A stretch of 35,444 nt of DNA from a virus. The notes below the pieces were generated by a model. The model did no database searches, was not told where the DNA came from, and saw only the letters and a list, made by a program, of their open reading frames with translations. Positions within the stretch are counted from its first letter, which is position 1, and every line of letters starts with the position of its first letter. The stretch lies in the IMG/VR virus record IMGVR_UViG_3300042376_000850, one strand, 5' to 3'. Shown here piece after piece: positions 5,796 through 15,766 of the stretch. Both the position numbers and the translations under genes were made by a program.

Positions 5796-6076
5796 TTATC
5801 AAGTTTTTTGAACATTAACGCAAGCGTGTCGTCCACCTTATTAAAACCTCGGTGCATGTCGCCTTTAATGTCGGCTATGGCTTCTTTGAAGTCGTCACGT
5901 CTGACAAAATCATCGTGCATCTTTTGGTCTATGTCTCTCAAATCTGACTGTAGGCGGTCTTGATTACTTTTAATGTCTTGCCGCATACTTGTAATGGCTT
6001 CCCAAATTATCTTCATAACCCAGCCAAATGCCGCCCCAGCCGCTGCGAACACCCAGTTAATAAGCTCCTGCCCCAT
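5792..6076 (-). CDS. Type-II membrane protein: N-terminal TM segment plus a coiled coil
   Basis: 94 aa. TM segment WVFAAAGAAFGWVMKIIW is followed by a charged helical region. Confidence 0.5.
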   Translation of the reverse strand: MGQELINWVFAAAGAAFGWVMKIIWEAITSMRQDIKSNQDRLQSDLRDIDQKMHDDFVRRDDFKEAIADIKGDMHRGFNKVDDTLALMFKKLDK

Positions 6077-6232
6077 TTATCTGTCCAGACATACGGCAAC
6101 AAGTTTATATTCTTTGACCTCTTTCATCAGCTTGGCTTTAGCCTGTTCACAGGTTTGTTGAGAACCGTGAACTGTGGTCACTTGCGTTATCGCGCCATTC
6201 GCTAAAATGAAAAAGCTGATTAAGTACGTCAT
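6077..6232 (-). CDS. Hypothetical 51-aa protein with a hydrophobic N-terminus
   Basis: ATGA overlap upstream and TAAATG junction downstream. Begins MTYLISFFILANGAITQV. No lipobox is present. Confidence 0.4.
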   Translation of the reverse strand: MTYLISFFILANGAITQVTTVHGSQQTCEQAKAKLMKEVKEYKLVAVCLDR

Positions 6233-6546
6233 TTTTCGACTCGGTTTAATCGTTGCTCTATTTGGGCAATTTTAGCAGTGGTGAGCTGGTCTGTGACTTT
6301 CAAATCCATAATATGACGATCTAGCACGTCTTGGCGCTGTACGACTTCCTTGCCAAGCCTTACCGCGTCTTCGAGTTGCGCTTTGAGTCCTGAAGCCTGC
6401 CAGCCAGCATAGAATAGGGTAGCGGCCAGCGTTCCAGCCATACCCATCAGCCAGGTGAAAGGCACCTCATACTTAACCACTAATGAACGGCTTGCCCTTT
6501 CAACCATGTTTTCTACACCTGCACGCAAATACCTCAAATAGTACAT
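6229..6546 (-). CDS. Membrane-anchored coiled-coil protein (i-spanin-like architecture)
   Basis: 105 aa. TM segment WLMGMAGTLAATLFYAGW is followed by a coiled coil. Confidence 0.45.
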   Translation of the reverse strand: MYYLRYLRAGVENMVERASRSLVVKYEVPFTWLMGMAGTLAATLFYAGWQASGLKAQLEDAVRLGKEVVQRQDVLDRHIMDLKVTDQLTTAKIAQIEQRLNRVEK

Positions 6547-6580
6547 TTTTATCTACTGTCGGAAAATGTAAATAATGCCG

Positions 6581-7024
6581 TCATTTTATTAAATTTTTTT
6601 TGCCACCTAGAACAAACTCCAAATCAGCAGGGCTTGGTACTTCCTTAAAAGTGTAACGCCAGCCATGTGCATTCAAATCATCTGCAACCATCTCAGAACA
6701 GATAAGCCCTCCAACGTTCCGTGTACTTTTTCCGAAAAGATGGTAAATAGGGCGCAGTCCGAATAATAGGTAATCAATTATTCCATATCTGGCTTCGTCA
6801 GTGTCGAGTTTGTGGTCAAGGTATTCAGCGGTTATAGGTACTGGCGTGTCGATCAGCACCGTCTGCTTGTGTGCATAGGTTGACCACAATCTACGGCGGC
6901 GAATTAGGTGCATGTCCCAAAACTTCACGCCGTCAGTGAAGCCAACGTGATAACAGCTTGACCCGGTGAATATCTTGGTCAGCGTGCTACTGGGTTGCTT
7001 GCCGTAGATGAAAGCCAATTTCAT
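6581..7024 (-). CDS. Permuted papain-fold (YiiX/C92, NlpC/P60-like) peptidase; candidate endolysin
   Basis: The His motif SSCYHVGF precedes the Cys motif GGLICSEMV, the order seen in YiiX (YSHTGM ... YCSEVV). Confidence 0.5.
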   Translation of the reverse strand: MKLAFIYGKQPSSTLTKIFTGSSCYHVGFTDGVKFWDMHLIRRRRLWSTYAHKQTVLIDTPVPITAEYLDHKLDTDEARYGIIDYLLFGLRPIYHLFGKSTRNVGGLICSEMVADDLNAHGWRYTFKEVPSPADLEFVLGGKKNLIK

Positions 7025-7410
7025 AGTGTCGCAGCAAGTGCAAATAAGTCATCGAGTTGTTGAGAGGTCATCCCAAGTGACGCAGCCAAAGACTGAACAA
7101 GCGGTCTGTTTCGCTCAACGGCACTAGAAAATTCCCATTCAATACGCACTGCATCGCCTTGAGCTCCCGGCATTGAAGCGACTGCATCATTGACCTGCGT
7201 CAGCAGCCCCTGTTGCAATAGCGCCAGCCGTGCTTGGCGCATTGTGACGCTGGCAATGACAGGAACGGGTGGAGCATCAGCAGGTTCCGGCGTATTGCCT
7301 TCGGCGAGCCAGGCCTGATAGGCAGCATAGTCAGTATTGGCTGGGTCTGCTGGAATAAAAGCGCCGTCAGTGGTTCGTAGAATGCTGGATGTGTTGGTTA
7401 GTTTGTACAT
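7021..7410 (-). CDS. DUF4376-like tail-fiber-associated protein (assembly or chaperone-like)
   Basis: [29 protein letters not shown] ... [15 protein letters not shown]......G....IEWE is the pattern I recognise for DUF4376. It follows the fiber gene. Confidence 0.6.
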   Translation of the reverse strand: MYKLTNTSSILRTTDGAFIPADPANTDYAAYQAWLAEGNTPEPADAPPVPVIASVTMRQARLALLQQGLLTQVNDAVASMPGAQGDAVRIEWEFSSAVERNRPLVQSLAASLGMTSQQLDDLFALAATL

Positions 7411-7412
7411 GG

Positions 7413-8876
7413 TTAAAGTTCCGCAGTTAAAGACTCAATACGATTAATTAACGTTGCATAACCAGTAGCTGCTGATTCTAAAGAGCAAATAGCTGATGTT
7501 GTTGTTAAACCTATAACTAAACCAGAGTAAGTCGTGTCCGGCGCTCTTACGTTGTTTGATGTTCCCGCTGTAACAACAGCTCTTGTCGGCACGGCTCTCA
7601 TTGCTACAGGAAACAAAGCTAGAGCGCTAATTCGTTGATTAGCAACTAATGTGTATCCCGCAAGTTCCCCTATCGTATGCACTTGGTAATACCTCTGACA
7701 CAGCGCCAACTCTACACCTATAGGCGTGTAGTCATAAGCGGTAGCAAACGCCCCCGGTTCCAATTTTAGCCGCCCAATAGTCCATGTTCCGCTAGTTTGC
7801 GCTCCAACACTTAATTCGACTTCTATTCCAGTTGTTGCCGCCGCTGGAACGCTAATTTGGGCGCTGTATCTTGTTAAGGTTCCGGTAACGGTAAATGTTC
7901 CAGTTCCTATTTGTGTTCTTTCTGGCGCGGCTAATGTACCAAACGCATCATTAGTATTTGCACGCCAAGCCGTCCAAGTAACTGTCGTCAATAAACTATT
8001 TGCCAAGTCAACCGATAAAGTCGCCGTAGTTCCCGCCAAATCTTGAGAATTTGCGGCTTCAATCCTTTGGGCAAAACCAATTTTTGTAACGCTGGCTGCG
8101 CCTGTAAATCGGTAATTAAACTGATTAGGCGCGGTTCCAGCAACCTGTTGACCTGTTACGTTAGCGCCAGTACAGTATCCGTAGAACCTGTCAATACAAT
8201 ACGCTAACGCTGCGCCAGCCGTGAAAGTTTGAGCTGCGCCATTGTTGCGTTGGTCAATCGCCATAGCGCCGTTGATAATTTTATTCCGAAATCCGGCAAA
8301 TTGCGTACCATTAAGTGACGTTGCATTTATACCGCCATCTGCCCTTTGATACCCCACTACTCGCCACCCATTAGCAGGCGTTCCATTCGGTACTACAATT
8401 GCACTATCACCCGCCGCCGTGGTTATATTTGCTCCACCCGGTAATATCAGAGTTGTCGCGTTGTGGGTAAGGGTCAGAACTCCGTCAAATCTAAGGTAAC
8501 GTGGCCCGTTGTAGTTCGTTCCGAAGCTCGTTATGCTTGTCATTCCGGTAATGTTGAGTAGTACCGTATTTTGTGCGCCAATGTCCGTAGTGGCGGCACT
8601 CGCCAAGTTAGCAGGCTGTCCTTGGCTGAAAAGCTGTTCCCATCGTAGCGAATCACCAGTCGCAGACCCCGCCGCCAATCCGGTTATTTTGTTGTTGCCA
8701 GCATTTAGGTTTCCCGTTATGGGCGTTTGACCGTCTGCACTCAAAGATTGAGTAAGTGCTGCGGCTATGTCATTGATTAGGTTTTGCCAGTCCACCGCAG
8801 TAGCTGAATTCCCGTTTGTTGCCGGGTTCCAGCTATTTGTGAGTAGGTTATAGGTTCCACTGCCGTTACGTGCCAT
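7413..8876 (-). CDS. Tail fiber protein
   Basis: N-terminus [11 protein letters not shown]...[66 protein letters not shown] is the conserved podovirus fiber anchor motif. Confidence 0.85.
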   Translation of the reverse strand: MARNGSGTYNLLTNSWNPATNGNSATAVDWQNLINDIAAALTQSLSADGQTPITGNLNAGNNKITGLAAGSATGDSLRWEQLFSQGQPANLASAATTDIGAQNTVLLNITGMTSITSFGTNYNGPRYLRFDGVLTLTHNATTLILPGGANITTAAGDSAIVVPNGTPANGWRVVGYQRADGGINATSLNGTQFAGFRNKIINGAMAIDQRNNGAAQTFTAGAALAYCIDRFYGYCTGANVTGQQVAGTAPNQFNYRFTGAASVTKIGFAQRIEAANSQDLAGTTATLSVDLANSLLTTVTWTAWRANTNDAFGTLAAPERTQIGTGTFTVTGTLTRYSAQISVPAAATTGIEVELSVGAQTSGTWTIGRLKLEPGAFATAYDYTPIGVELALCQRYYQVHTIGELAGYTLVANQRISALALFPVAMRAVPTRAVVTAGTSNNVRAPDTTYSGLVIGLTTTSAICSLESAATGYATLINRIESLTAEL

Positions 8877-8979
8877 CTTGCTTTCCTTTACAATACGCCT
8901 ATGGATTTTATTGACTTTTTAATCATCAAGCTCATTTTCTTTGCCATTTGCGCTTTCATATATCAGTTTTGGCGTTCAT

Positions 8980-10596
8980 TTACTGGGCGGCAATAACGGG
9001 TGCGCTTAATTGACCAGCGCGTAAAAGGTCAATTAGTAATTGATTCGGAATATTGCCTGCACTTGGCGCTATTTGATTAGCAAGTGCATTTTGTGCGCCT
9101 TTTCCAAACATCAAAGACCTAGAAGCCGCCCCGGTAGCATAAGGAAGCGCCGCCAATGCAAGCCCCGGTACTCCAGCACCAAGGCCGCCAACAGTTCCAA
9201 GACCAATAGAACCCATAGCCCTGAGATTATGCGCCGCAGGGCTTCCCATTTGTTGACCAGCTTGGTTTATGGAAGGAAAAGCACTTGCAAATCTTCCAAC
9301 TGTTTCAAGTTCTCCAGATAAGGGTTTTCCTTTTTCGTAAATTCTGCCAAGTACCCTAGCGTTTACTGTACCTGTTGCCTCATTCAAAGCTCGTTCTACA
9401 GTGTAAGTTTTTGCAATTTGTTTTCTTGCTTCTCTAAGCGCCGGGATTAAATCTTCTTTGCCAGCTTGAGCAGCATAATTTTCAAGGTTATTTTCTAATG
9501 TATTAGCCATGTCCCTGAAGTTTTTAGCTTTTAGCAAATCATCAGGGCTTGCCGATCTATTGTAAGCATTGAACCAGCCTTGAGCATCATTTCTGGCCTG
9601 TTTCAATAACTCTAAATCAATTTTAGCTTGGTCGGATATAGACGCAACTTCTGCATACGCTTTCCCGGCTGTTGATCGTAGTTTTTCTAGCGTTCCTTTT
9701 GTTAAAGGCATATCATCAGGCAAACCTAAAGCGCTACGTGTTAATTTTTCCGTTATATCTTGATTTTTTACCGAAGCCAATTGTGATGTGGCTTGTTTTC
9801 CAGAAAAAGATTCAATTAACGCATTTTTTGTTGATGGGCTTACTAAGTTAGGTGGAACAACATAACCAGCATCTATTGCAGCTTTTACGGTTTCGCGCAT
9901 TGGCAATTCACGTTCAAATTTTGCCAATTTTTCGGCATTTTTTGCGGCAGCTTTCTGCCCCAAATAAGAACCAGCCGCTCCTGTTACTTTACTAACCACC
10001 GGAATAGCTGTACTAATTGCCGCCGCCGTTCCCGCATCTTCTGGGTTAATCATCCCCCCCGCCAGTGCGCCAGTTGTTCCTGCCGCTCCTGCTCTCAAAG
10101 CTAAATCAGCGGCTTTTGCTCCAGTCGTAACAGGGGCGGCACCAGTCGTCATGCCTGACGTTCTTAATGCGTTTATTAGAGCGGGTGCGCGTGAAGCTAC
10201 ACCGGGTATTATTCCAAGACCTTTGGCAAGCGCACTACCAGCGCCAGCGGTTCCCGCTATTTCAGTGCCTATTTTTCCGACTTGGAAAGCCGCTGATTCC
10301 GGGTCTGCGCCCATTGATCGCAAACCTTCTTCTATTGCTTGTCTGCGTTCAGGGTTTCCAATAGATTGAGTATTTCCCGCTAGCAAATCATAAGGGGTCA
10401 GCAATGTAGCGCCAATTGAGCCAGCACCACGAACCGCCCCCGCCGCAAGGTTTGCTTTTTCAGCTACAGAACGTCGAGCATAATCAGCAACACCTTTGCC
10501 TAGTCTTTGTAATAGGCTAGGTTCTTTTGTGCCTAAATAAGCATCAGGGTCAAAAGGTTTGTTGGCAAGATAAGCATCAGGGTCAAAAGCTGGCAT
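8980..10596 (-). CDS. Gly/Ala-rich internal virion (ejection-type) protein
   Basis: 538 aa of low complexity with an N-terminal tandem FDPDAYL(A/G)xK duplication. Third of three large genes between the nozzle-like and fiber genes. Confidence 0.5.
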   Translation of the reverse strand: MPAFDPDAYLANKPFDPDAYLGTKEPSLLQRLGKGVADYARRSVAEKANLAAGAVRGAGSIGATLLTPYDLLAGNTQSIGNPERRQAIEEGLRSMGADPESAAFQVGKIGTEIAGTAGAGSALAKGLGIIPGVASRAPALINALRTSGMTTGAAPVTTGAKAADLALRAGAAGTTGALAGGMINPEDAGTAAAISTAIPVVSKVTGAAGSYLGQKAAAKNAEKLAKFERELPMRETVKAAIDAGYVVPPNLVSPSTKNALIESFSGKQATSQLASVKNQDITEKLTRSALGLPDDMPLTKGTLEKLRSTAGKAYAEVASISDQAKIDLELLKQARNDAQGWFNAYNRSASPDDLLKAKNFRDMANTLENNLENYAAQAGKEDLIPALREARKQIAKTYTVERALNEATGTVNARVLGRIYEKGKPLSGELETVGRFASAFPSINQAGQQMGSPAAHNLRAMGSIGLGTVGGLGAGVPGLALAALPYATGAASRSLMFGKGAQNALANQIAPSAGNIPNQLLIDLLRAGQLSAPVIAAQ

Positions 10597-11912
10597 TATT
10601 TCACCCCTAAACGTTTTTTAATTTGCGCCGACCTTGAATCATTAGGGTTAGCATTAGCCCAATCTAAGGCTTGTTGGTCTTGAGCAGAAAGCGCCCTGCC
10701 GCCACCAGTTGCATCTGTTGTTGGCATTCTATCTTTTGGCGGTTTTGCCAATCCAAGACCAAATAACCTGTCCAAGTTTGCTAATGCTGACCTGTTAGCT
10801 TCAATGCTTAATGTCGGGTCAGTCGCGGCTTGTAAGTAAAGCGTCATTTCAGCATTACTGTTCATTTGCTGCGCGCTCATGCCTGTTGCTTCTTTTATCA
10901 GGTTCATGAGCAAAGGTCTAGTTTGCGCTATTTCTTGCCGTTGTCTCTGGTTTTCTGTTCCAACAGCACCACCAACAGCCTGCCCGACACCGCTAGATCT
11001 TAGTCTTGCCGCAATGTTTGATAAAGCGCCCTGCTGCGTGCTTGTTATGCCGCCGCCTTTTTCCAAAGCATCATAACTGTTACTTAGTTGGTTGATAACA
11101 GTAGATAATTCCTCTTTTGCTTGCGTTTTTGTTTTTTCTTTTTGCAAACTTGCCGCAGCTTGCGGGTTGTATAAAGGCATTCCTTGTGCTTGAGATTGAG
11201 GCAATGTTATTGCTTCGCCTTTTGCTCCAAGAACAGTGACATTCTTTTCAGGTCGCAAAGAGGCTTGTAAATTTGCCATATTAGCTTGAAAAGCTCTGTT
11301 TTCTCTTGCTAATTGCGCCTGAAATTCCCTTTGAGCTTGCGCCATCTGTTCGCGGCTTGCATTTTGTTCGCGCATTGCTTCCAGCCGCATTTGTTGTTGC
11401 ATTTGCAGTTGCTCAATGCGTTGCTGGTTTTGCAATTCAACTTGCTGTCTTTGAAAATCTCTTTGTGCTTGTCTTTCTTCTCTTTGGGCTTGCAATTCTG
11501 GCAAGCGTGTTATTCCCTGCATCCCCATTTGACGTAAACTAGGGTCTGGTGCTTGCATTAGTGCTTGATAGGCTGCTGGTATGTTTTGCGGTTGGGCAGG
11601 CTGTGGTGGACCTGCAACATCAGGCGGCAATACTTCCTCTTGCCTGTCCTCCATGTTTTCAGTAAACCCGCGTAAGGCATCGGCTACAGCTTGCTGTCGT
11701 GTAGTTTGTAGCTGTCTTAGCTCATCTTCTGCCATTTGCTGACCGCGAATACCACCAAAGCCACGTAGTCCAGCAGCTAAATACTCAAGCGCATGGGGCG
11801 CAACAAATCTACCCCCTACCATCCTGCCTTGTGGGGCTTGCGCTTGGGCTTGTTCGCCGTAGCGTCTGCGTCTTGCGTCTATTAGTTGTTGTTCTAGGTC
11901 AAAGTCTCGCAT
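10596..11912 (-). CDS. Gln-rich coiled-coil internal virion (ejection-type) protein
   Basis: 438 aa with a long Q/E/R/A coiled-coil segment (QQVELQNQQRIEQLQMQQQMRLEAMREQ...). Confidence 0.5.
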   Translation of the reverse strand: MRDFDLEQQLIDARRRRYGEQAQAQAPQGRMVGGRFVAPHALEYLAAGLRGFGGIRGQQMAEDELRQLQTTRQQAVADALRGFTENMEDRQEEVLPPDVAGPPQPAQPQNIPAAYQALMQAPDPSLRQMGMQGITRLPELQAQREERQAQRDFQRQQVELQNQQRIEQLQMQQQMRLEAMREQNASREQMAQAQREFQAQLARENRAFQANMANLQASLRPEKNVTVLGAKGEAITLPQSQAQGMPLYNPQAAASLQKEKTKTQAKEELSTVINQLSNSYDALEKGGGITSTQQGALSNIAARLRSSGVGQAVGGAVGTENQRQRQEIAQTRPLLMNLIKEATGMSAQQMNSNAEMTLYLQAATDPTLSIEANRSALANLDRLFGLGLAKPPKDRMPTTDATGGGRALSAQDQQALDWANANPNDSRSAQIKKRLGVK

Positions 11913-12977
11913 TTATCTTTTCCCTATAAAATTACCAAGCAAAGAACCGCCACCCGCTACAGGAAGTCCAGCAATACCTAGCCCTAACCCAAACAATCCT
12001 CCCATCATCCCACTGCTTGCGGCTTGGTCAGCGTTGTATGCGTCCATTTGTGCGCCATACCCTAGCTGCGCGGCTTTCATCATGTCAGGACCGGATGTCG
12101 TTGCTTGTTGCGCAAACTGTTGGAACTGCGGGGCTTGCACTTGGTTTCCAGCGCGTAGGGCATTTATCAGGTTAAGCGGTCGGTCTTGTAAGTAGGCTTG
12201 TTCTTGTAAGGCAGCTGCGCGGTTAGCTTGGTCAAGGTTTATGCCTTGTAATGCAGCCTGTAGCCTCAAGTCGTTAGCTTGTTGGCCTTGTATTGCCATT
12301 TCTCGCGAGAAAGCATCTGAGCCTAGCCCAATGCCAGTGTTTGCTAACCGTTGCCGTGTTGCTTCTTCTTGTGACTGTAGCTGCGGGTTAAGTCTGGCCA
12401 GTAATGCTTCTTGCGCGGTCTGGCCTACGTCAATCGCACGTCTAGGTAATGCACCAACGTCTAATTCGGGGTTTTCAAATATCGAGCGCACACGGTCAAA
12501 ACCAAGGTTTGCCACTTCGCCATATTTACGGTTTAGGGCTAGTTGTTGGTCTAACGCGGCCTGTGCTTCAGGCGTAAGCTCCATATTTTGCTCCCAGCCT
12601 GTATCTGGGTCGTATTCCATGAAGTCTTCGGGTTTTGGTGCTGTTCCTTGTCTAGTCTCAGGCGTTACTGGTTGAGTTGTTGCCCAGCCAGGTCTAGCAC
12701 CGCTACCGGGTGAATCACCACCATAATCAGTCATGCTGGGTTGTTGCGGCACGGCTGTTTGCAGTAACGGCTGGTTAAAGTTTTGAGCAGCTTTGTTGTA
12801 GGCTTCGTAATTAATCTTACCCACAGGCGTTTGTTTATAGGTTAAACGTCCGTAGGGGGTGTATTGATTGATACGGTTAGCTCGAATAGCAGCGCGTGTG
12901 CCTTCTAAGTTGCCTCGTGCTGTTTCTCGTGCGGCTTTTTCATAATCGGGTGCGGGGGGTGGGCTAGAGCTGCACAT
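11913..12977 (-). CDS. Internal virion (ejection-type) protein with a C-terminal glycine-zipper membrane segment
   Basis: 354 aa, Q/A/P-rich. C-terminus GGLFGLGLGIAGLPVAGGGSLLGNFIGKR. Confidence 0.45.
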   Translation of the reverse strand: MCSSSPPPAPDYEKAARETARGNLEGTRAAIRANRINQYTPYGRLTYKQTPVGKINYEAYNKAAQNFNQPLLQTAVPQQPSMTDYGGDSPGSGARPGWATTQPVTPETRQGTAPKPEDFMEYDPDTGWEQNMELTPEAQAALDQQLALNRKYGEVANLGFDRVRSIFENPELDVGALPRRAIDVGQTAQEALLARLNPQLQSQEEATRQRLANTGIGLGSDAFSREMAIQGQQANDLRLQAALQGINLDQANRAAALQEQAYLQDRPLNLINALRAGNQVQAPQFQQFAQQATTSGPDMMKAAQLGYGAQMDAYNADQAASSGMMGGLFGLGLGIAGLPVAGGGSLLGNFIGKR

Positions 12978-12979
12978 AT

Positions 12980-13441
12980 TTACCTCAATTCATAAACCAT
13001 TTCGGTTGCCATATTCTTAAAACCCATTCTTTGCCATAACTTACTGACTCTTAGGTCAGTCACGGCTGTACAATAGGCTTTTTGAACGTCAAGTTTTTTT
13101 AGTTCAGCCAATATATGCTGTACTAATTTCTTGCCAATGCCATTCCGATGGTTTCGGGTAACGAATAACGCATCTTCTTTGGCTATTTTATCACCGTTGT
13201 GCATATCATTGGTGATATAAATCAAACAATATCCGACACATTCAGCGTCGTGTTTTACAATAAAAAACTTTAACCAGCCATCATTATTAAATTTGATGTA
13301 CCTGTCTAATTGCGGGTTAAATGGCGAAGTTTTTATGCCATCTTTTTCTAATCGTTCTTTCATTTCTTGGTAATGCTCACTTGTCAATCGGAAAAAATCA
13401 GGCAAATTGTTTGCTATTTTTGCTTCATGAAAAGTGTACAT
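12980..13441 (-). CDS. GNAT-family N-acetyltransferase embedded in the virion module
   Basis: 153 aa. Acetyl-CoA motif A-like segment ALFVTRNHRNGIGKKLVQHILAELKK and C-terminal LWQRMGFK. Visibly more AT-rich than both neighbours. Gaps of 2 nt and 8 nt separate it from the flanking genes. Confidence 0.7.
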   Translation of the reverse strand: MYTFHEAKIANNLPDFFRLTSEHYQEMKERLEKDGIKTSPFNPQLDRYIKFNNDGWLKFFIVKHDAECVGYCLIYITNDMHNGDKIAKEDALFVTRNHRNGIGKKLVQHILAELKKLDVQKAYCTAVTDLRVSKLWQRMGFKNMATEMVYELR

Positions 13442-13449
13442 ATTTAGCC

Positions 13450-14973
13450 TTATAAAACAGAGTTTGACGGCTGGAAGAGATAATCGACATTGTTAAACCT
13501 GACCTCAGAGCCGTTATTCTGTACTTTCAACCTTAACGACGCACTGTTTGCCACAGCGCCTACGGTATTCCATCCGGTAATCGGTCTCAATCCTCCACCC
13601 CAAACCATCGTTCCCCATACCATCGAACCCCACACCATGCCCGTGGGTGGCGTGTAATTAAGCGTTCCTTGAGCGTCTTGGGCTAAATAATCAGTGTTCA
13701 GTCCGTAAAGTATCGACGGGCTGCCAGTCGTCAAAAGGTACGGCCTGACCATCGTGAAATACTTGTTAAACGCTTTGTTACCGAAGTAATTAAAGGCAGG
13801 TAAGCAGTCAGCTTGTATGGGTGTCGTGTTGTCTAAGTCACCTACCCATGCTTTATAAACCCGCGTATTGTCTGCGTAATAAAGTCCAGTCGAGGCATGT
13901 AATAGCACGTTAGCGTTCCAGCCAACAAACTTTGTCCATGCGCCAGTAATCGTGTTTTGTGCGTACTGGTAATTACCGCCGGGGTTCGGTACGTTCAATA
14001 GCATCATGTTTGCGTCAGGGTAGAGCGTCAGTTGCCACCCAAACGACGAGCCATACGAGTTCGCTGCAATAGATACGCTGTTTTGTATCTTGTCAGTCAA
14101 TGCCACGCTTCTATCCACGCTTGCCGACAAAAGACCACGTCCTAACGGAAAAACGCCCTCTGTTGTGTTCACTGCTAAATCCCCGCCGTACTTCTCAGCA
14201 CATCGACGGCCAAGCGGTTTGCCTAACTGAAACACCCCGACTATTGAAAAATCACCACCCGCGCCGGGGTTGCTGCCTCTGTAAATCGCCACTTCGCCCA
14301 TCGTTGAAATTACGACAAAGTGATCATCAGCACCCGCGCCAGCGTCCACCGTCCATGTGTAGCAGGCCATAATCGAGCCGCCATCGCGGAAAATGGCGCT
14401 CATATCTAACGTACCCACCGCCCCACCTACTTGGCCAACGGGCAGGAATACTACCTGCATGCTGTTTTTGACCACAAAATACAAGCGTGACTTGAATACG
14501 CACACATGCACCAAGTTAGTTGTCGTCACCCCGGTTATCGAGGGCGTTGACGTTCCATCTATTGCCGTCCATGTCGTGCCGTTGTATAACTGGGGTCTGT
14601 CTTGTCCGTTCACTAGGTACAGAAAAGACCCGCCAGCAGTAGTAACGTTAGCGTGCTGCCATTGTGCTGAAGTCTGCCCGGTCACGACTGCCGCGCCTAC
14701 CGCTCCGGCTGTAGTTACGTCAAAAATACCCGTACCCGCTGCGGCGAACAGTTTTGAACTTCCACTTGTCGGCAAATACTCCACCAGCGTCTGCACTGCG
14801 TTAGTAAAACCTGTCACATGGTTAGTGCTGCCTTTTCTTACCCCTACATAGGAAGGGTACGGCCACCAGTTGTCAAGTATCAGCGCATATTGCGGTTTCA
14901 TATCAGCAATGCTGTCACGGTCATTAAGACCGCCAACCGGGGCAGGTATTGAGGTAGCTCGTGCTGTTGCCAT
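13450..14973 (-). CDS. Tail tubular/nozzle-like virion protein
   Basis: 507 aa. N-terminus PAPVGGLNDRDSIADMKPQYALILDNWWP...VRKG recalls podovirus tail-tube proteins. An MVWG x3 repeat lies near the C-terminus. Confidence 0.45.
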   Translation of the reverse strand: MATARATSIPAPVGGLNDRDSIADMKPQYALILDNWWPYPSYVGVRKGSTNHVTGFTNAVQTLVEYLPTSGSSKLFAAAGTGIFDVTTAGAVGAAVVTGQTSAQWQHANVTTAGGSFLYLVNGQDRPQLYNGTTWTAIDGTSTPSITGVTTTNLVHVCVFKSRLYFVVKNSMQVVFLPVGQVGGAVGTLDMSAIFRDGGSIMACYTWTVDAGAGADDHFVVISTMGEVAIYRGSNPGAGGDFSIVGVFQLGKPLGRRCAEKYGGDLAVNTTEGVFPLGRGLLSASVDRSVALTDKIQNSVSIAANSYGSSFGWQLTLYPDANMMLLNVPNPGGNYQYAQNTITGAWTKFVGWNANVLLHASTGLYYADNTRVYKAWVGDLDNTTPIQADCLPAFNYFGNKAFNKYFTMVRPYLLTTGSPSILYGLNTDYLAQDAQGTLNYTPPTGMVWGSMVWGTMVWGGGLRPITGWNTVGAVANSASLRLKVQNNGSEVRFNNVDYLFQPSNSVL

Positions 14974-15764
14974 TATTTGACACCCATCAAGCCCATAGGC
15001 TGATTGTTGCGTTCTAGTATTTCAGCGGCTTGTTTGTATGCTAATTTAGGTTTTACTCCTTGCTGTATTAATTCTTGAGCTTTTTCTTGTTGCAAAAAAA
15101 CTTTTGATTTTCCAAGAGAGCGCATAGATTCGGCCAAATTTAAAACATGATCAAATTCATCGGCATTTACATTTATTATATTTTGCGAATTAAATGGGCC
15201 TTTTGAATGTCCAGAAATTCTTATTTGTTTTTCGATAAATCTTCCAGTTTGTGGGTCAAATACTTTTAAATAACTTGAAGGCCCAGCCGCGCTTCCAGAA
15301 TGTTGCAAATCAACATTAAACCCTTTTTGTTTTAACAAATCTGCCAAACGCTCTGCTTCGCTTTGAATCAAAGCTCTACCTTGATTTGGCAAACCTTCTG
15401 TAAGGTATAAAGCGCCCCTCTGTCCACCATACCCCGGCGTGTTCAGGGTTCTGGGTGCGGCTAGGTTTTCCAGTCCTCTATTTGCAGCAGCGGCTATTTG
15501 TGGGGCTTTCGCGGTTGCTGCCATAGGTACTATCATGCCCAAAGTTTCCCCTGCCAGCTTCGGTATTCCATCCTGTACAGGTACGGTCAAACCCATGTTT
15601 TCCATCCATTGAGACCCACCTACAGGAGCTTGGGGAATAGGCATACCTACTTTGCGAAGTCCAGCGGCTATTAAGTCCACCGGGGCAGACACACCACTAG
15701 CCACCGTGTTTGACGCGCTTTGTACGGTATCGCGTAGTGCTTTAATAAGGGCTTTTTTGTCCAT
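14973..15764 (-). CDS. Hypothetical virion-module protein
   Basis: The ORF start is taken at ATG 15764 (MDKKALIK), just after the upstream stop. No motif was recognised. Confidence 0.45.
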   Translation of the reverse strand: MDKKALIKALRDTVQSASNTVASGVSAPVDLIAAGLRKVGMPIPQAPVGGSQWMENMGLTVPVQDGIPKLAGETLGMIVPMAATAKAPQIAAAANRGLENLAAPRTLNTPGYGGQRGALYLTEGLPNQGRALIQSEAERLADLLKQKGFNVDLQHSGSAAGPSSYLKVFDPQTGRFIEKQIRISGHSKGPFNSQNIINVNADEFDHVLNLAESMRSLGKSKVFLQQEKAQELIQQGVKPKLAYKQAAEILERNNQPMGLMGVK

Positions 15765-15766
15765 AA

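Noticed and set aside
7413-8876. Diversity-generating retroelement near the tail fiber, as in BPP-1-like phages
   Set aside because: No reverse transcriptase ORF exists anywhere in the genome, and I saw no TR/VR-type repeat of the fiber 3' end.
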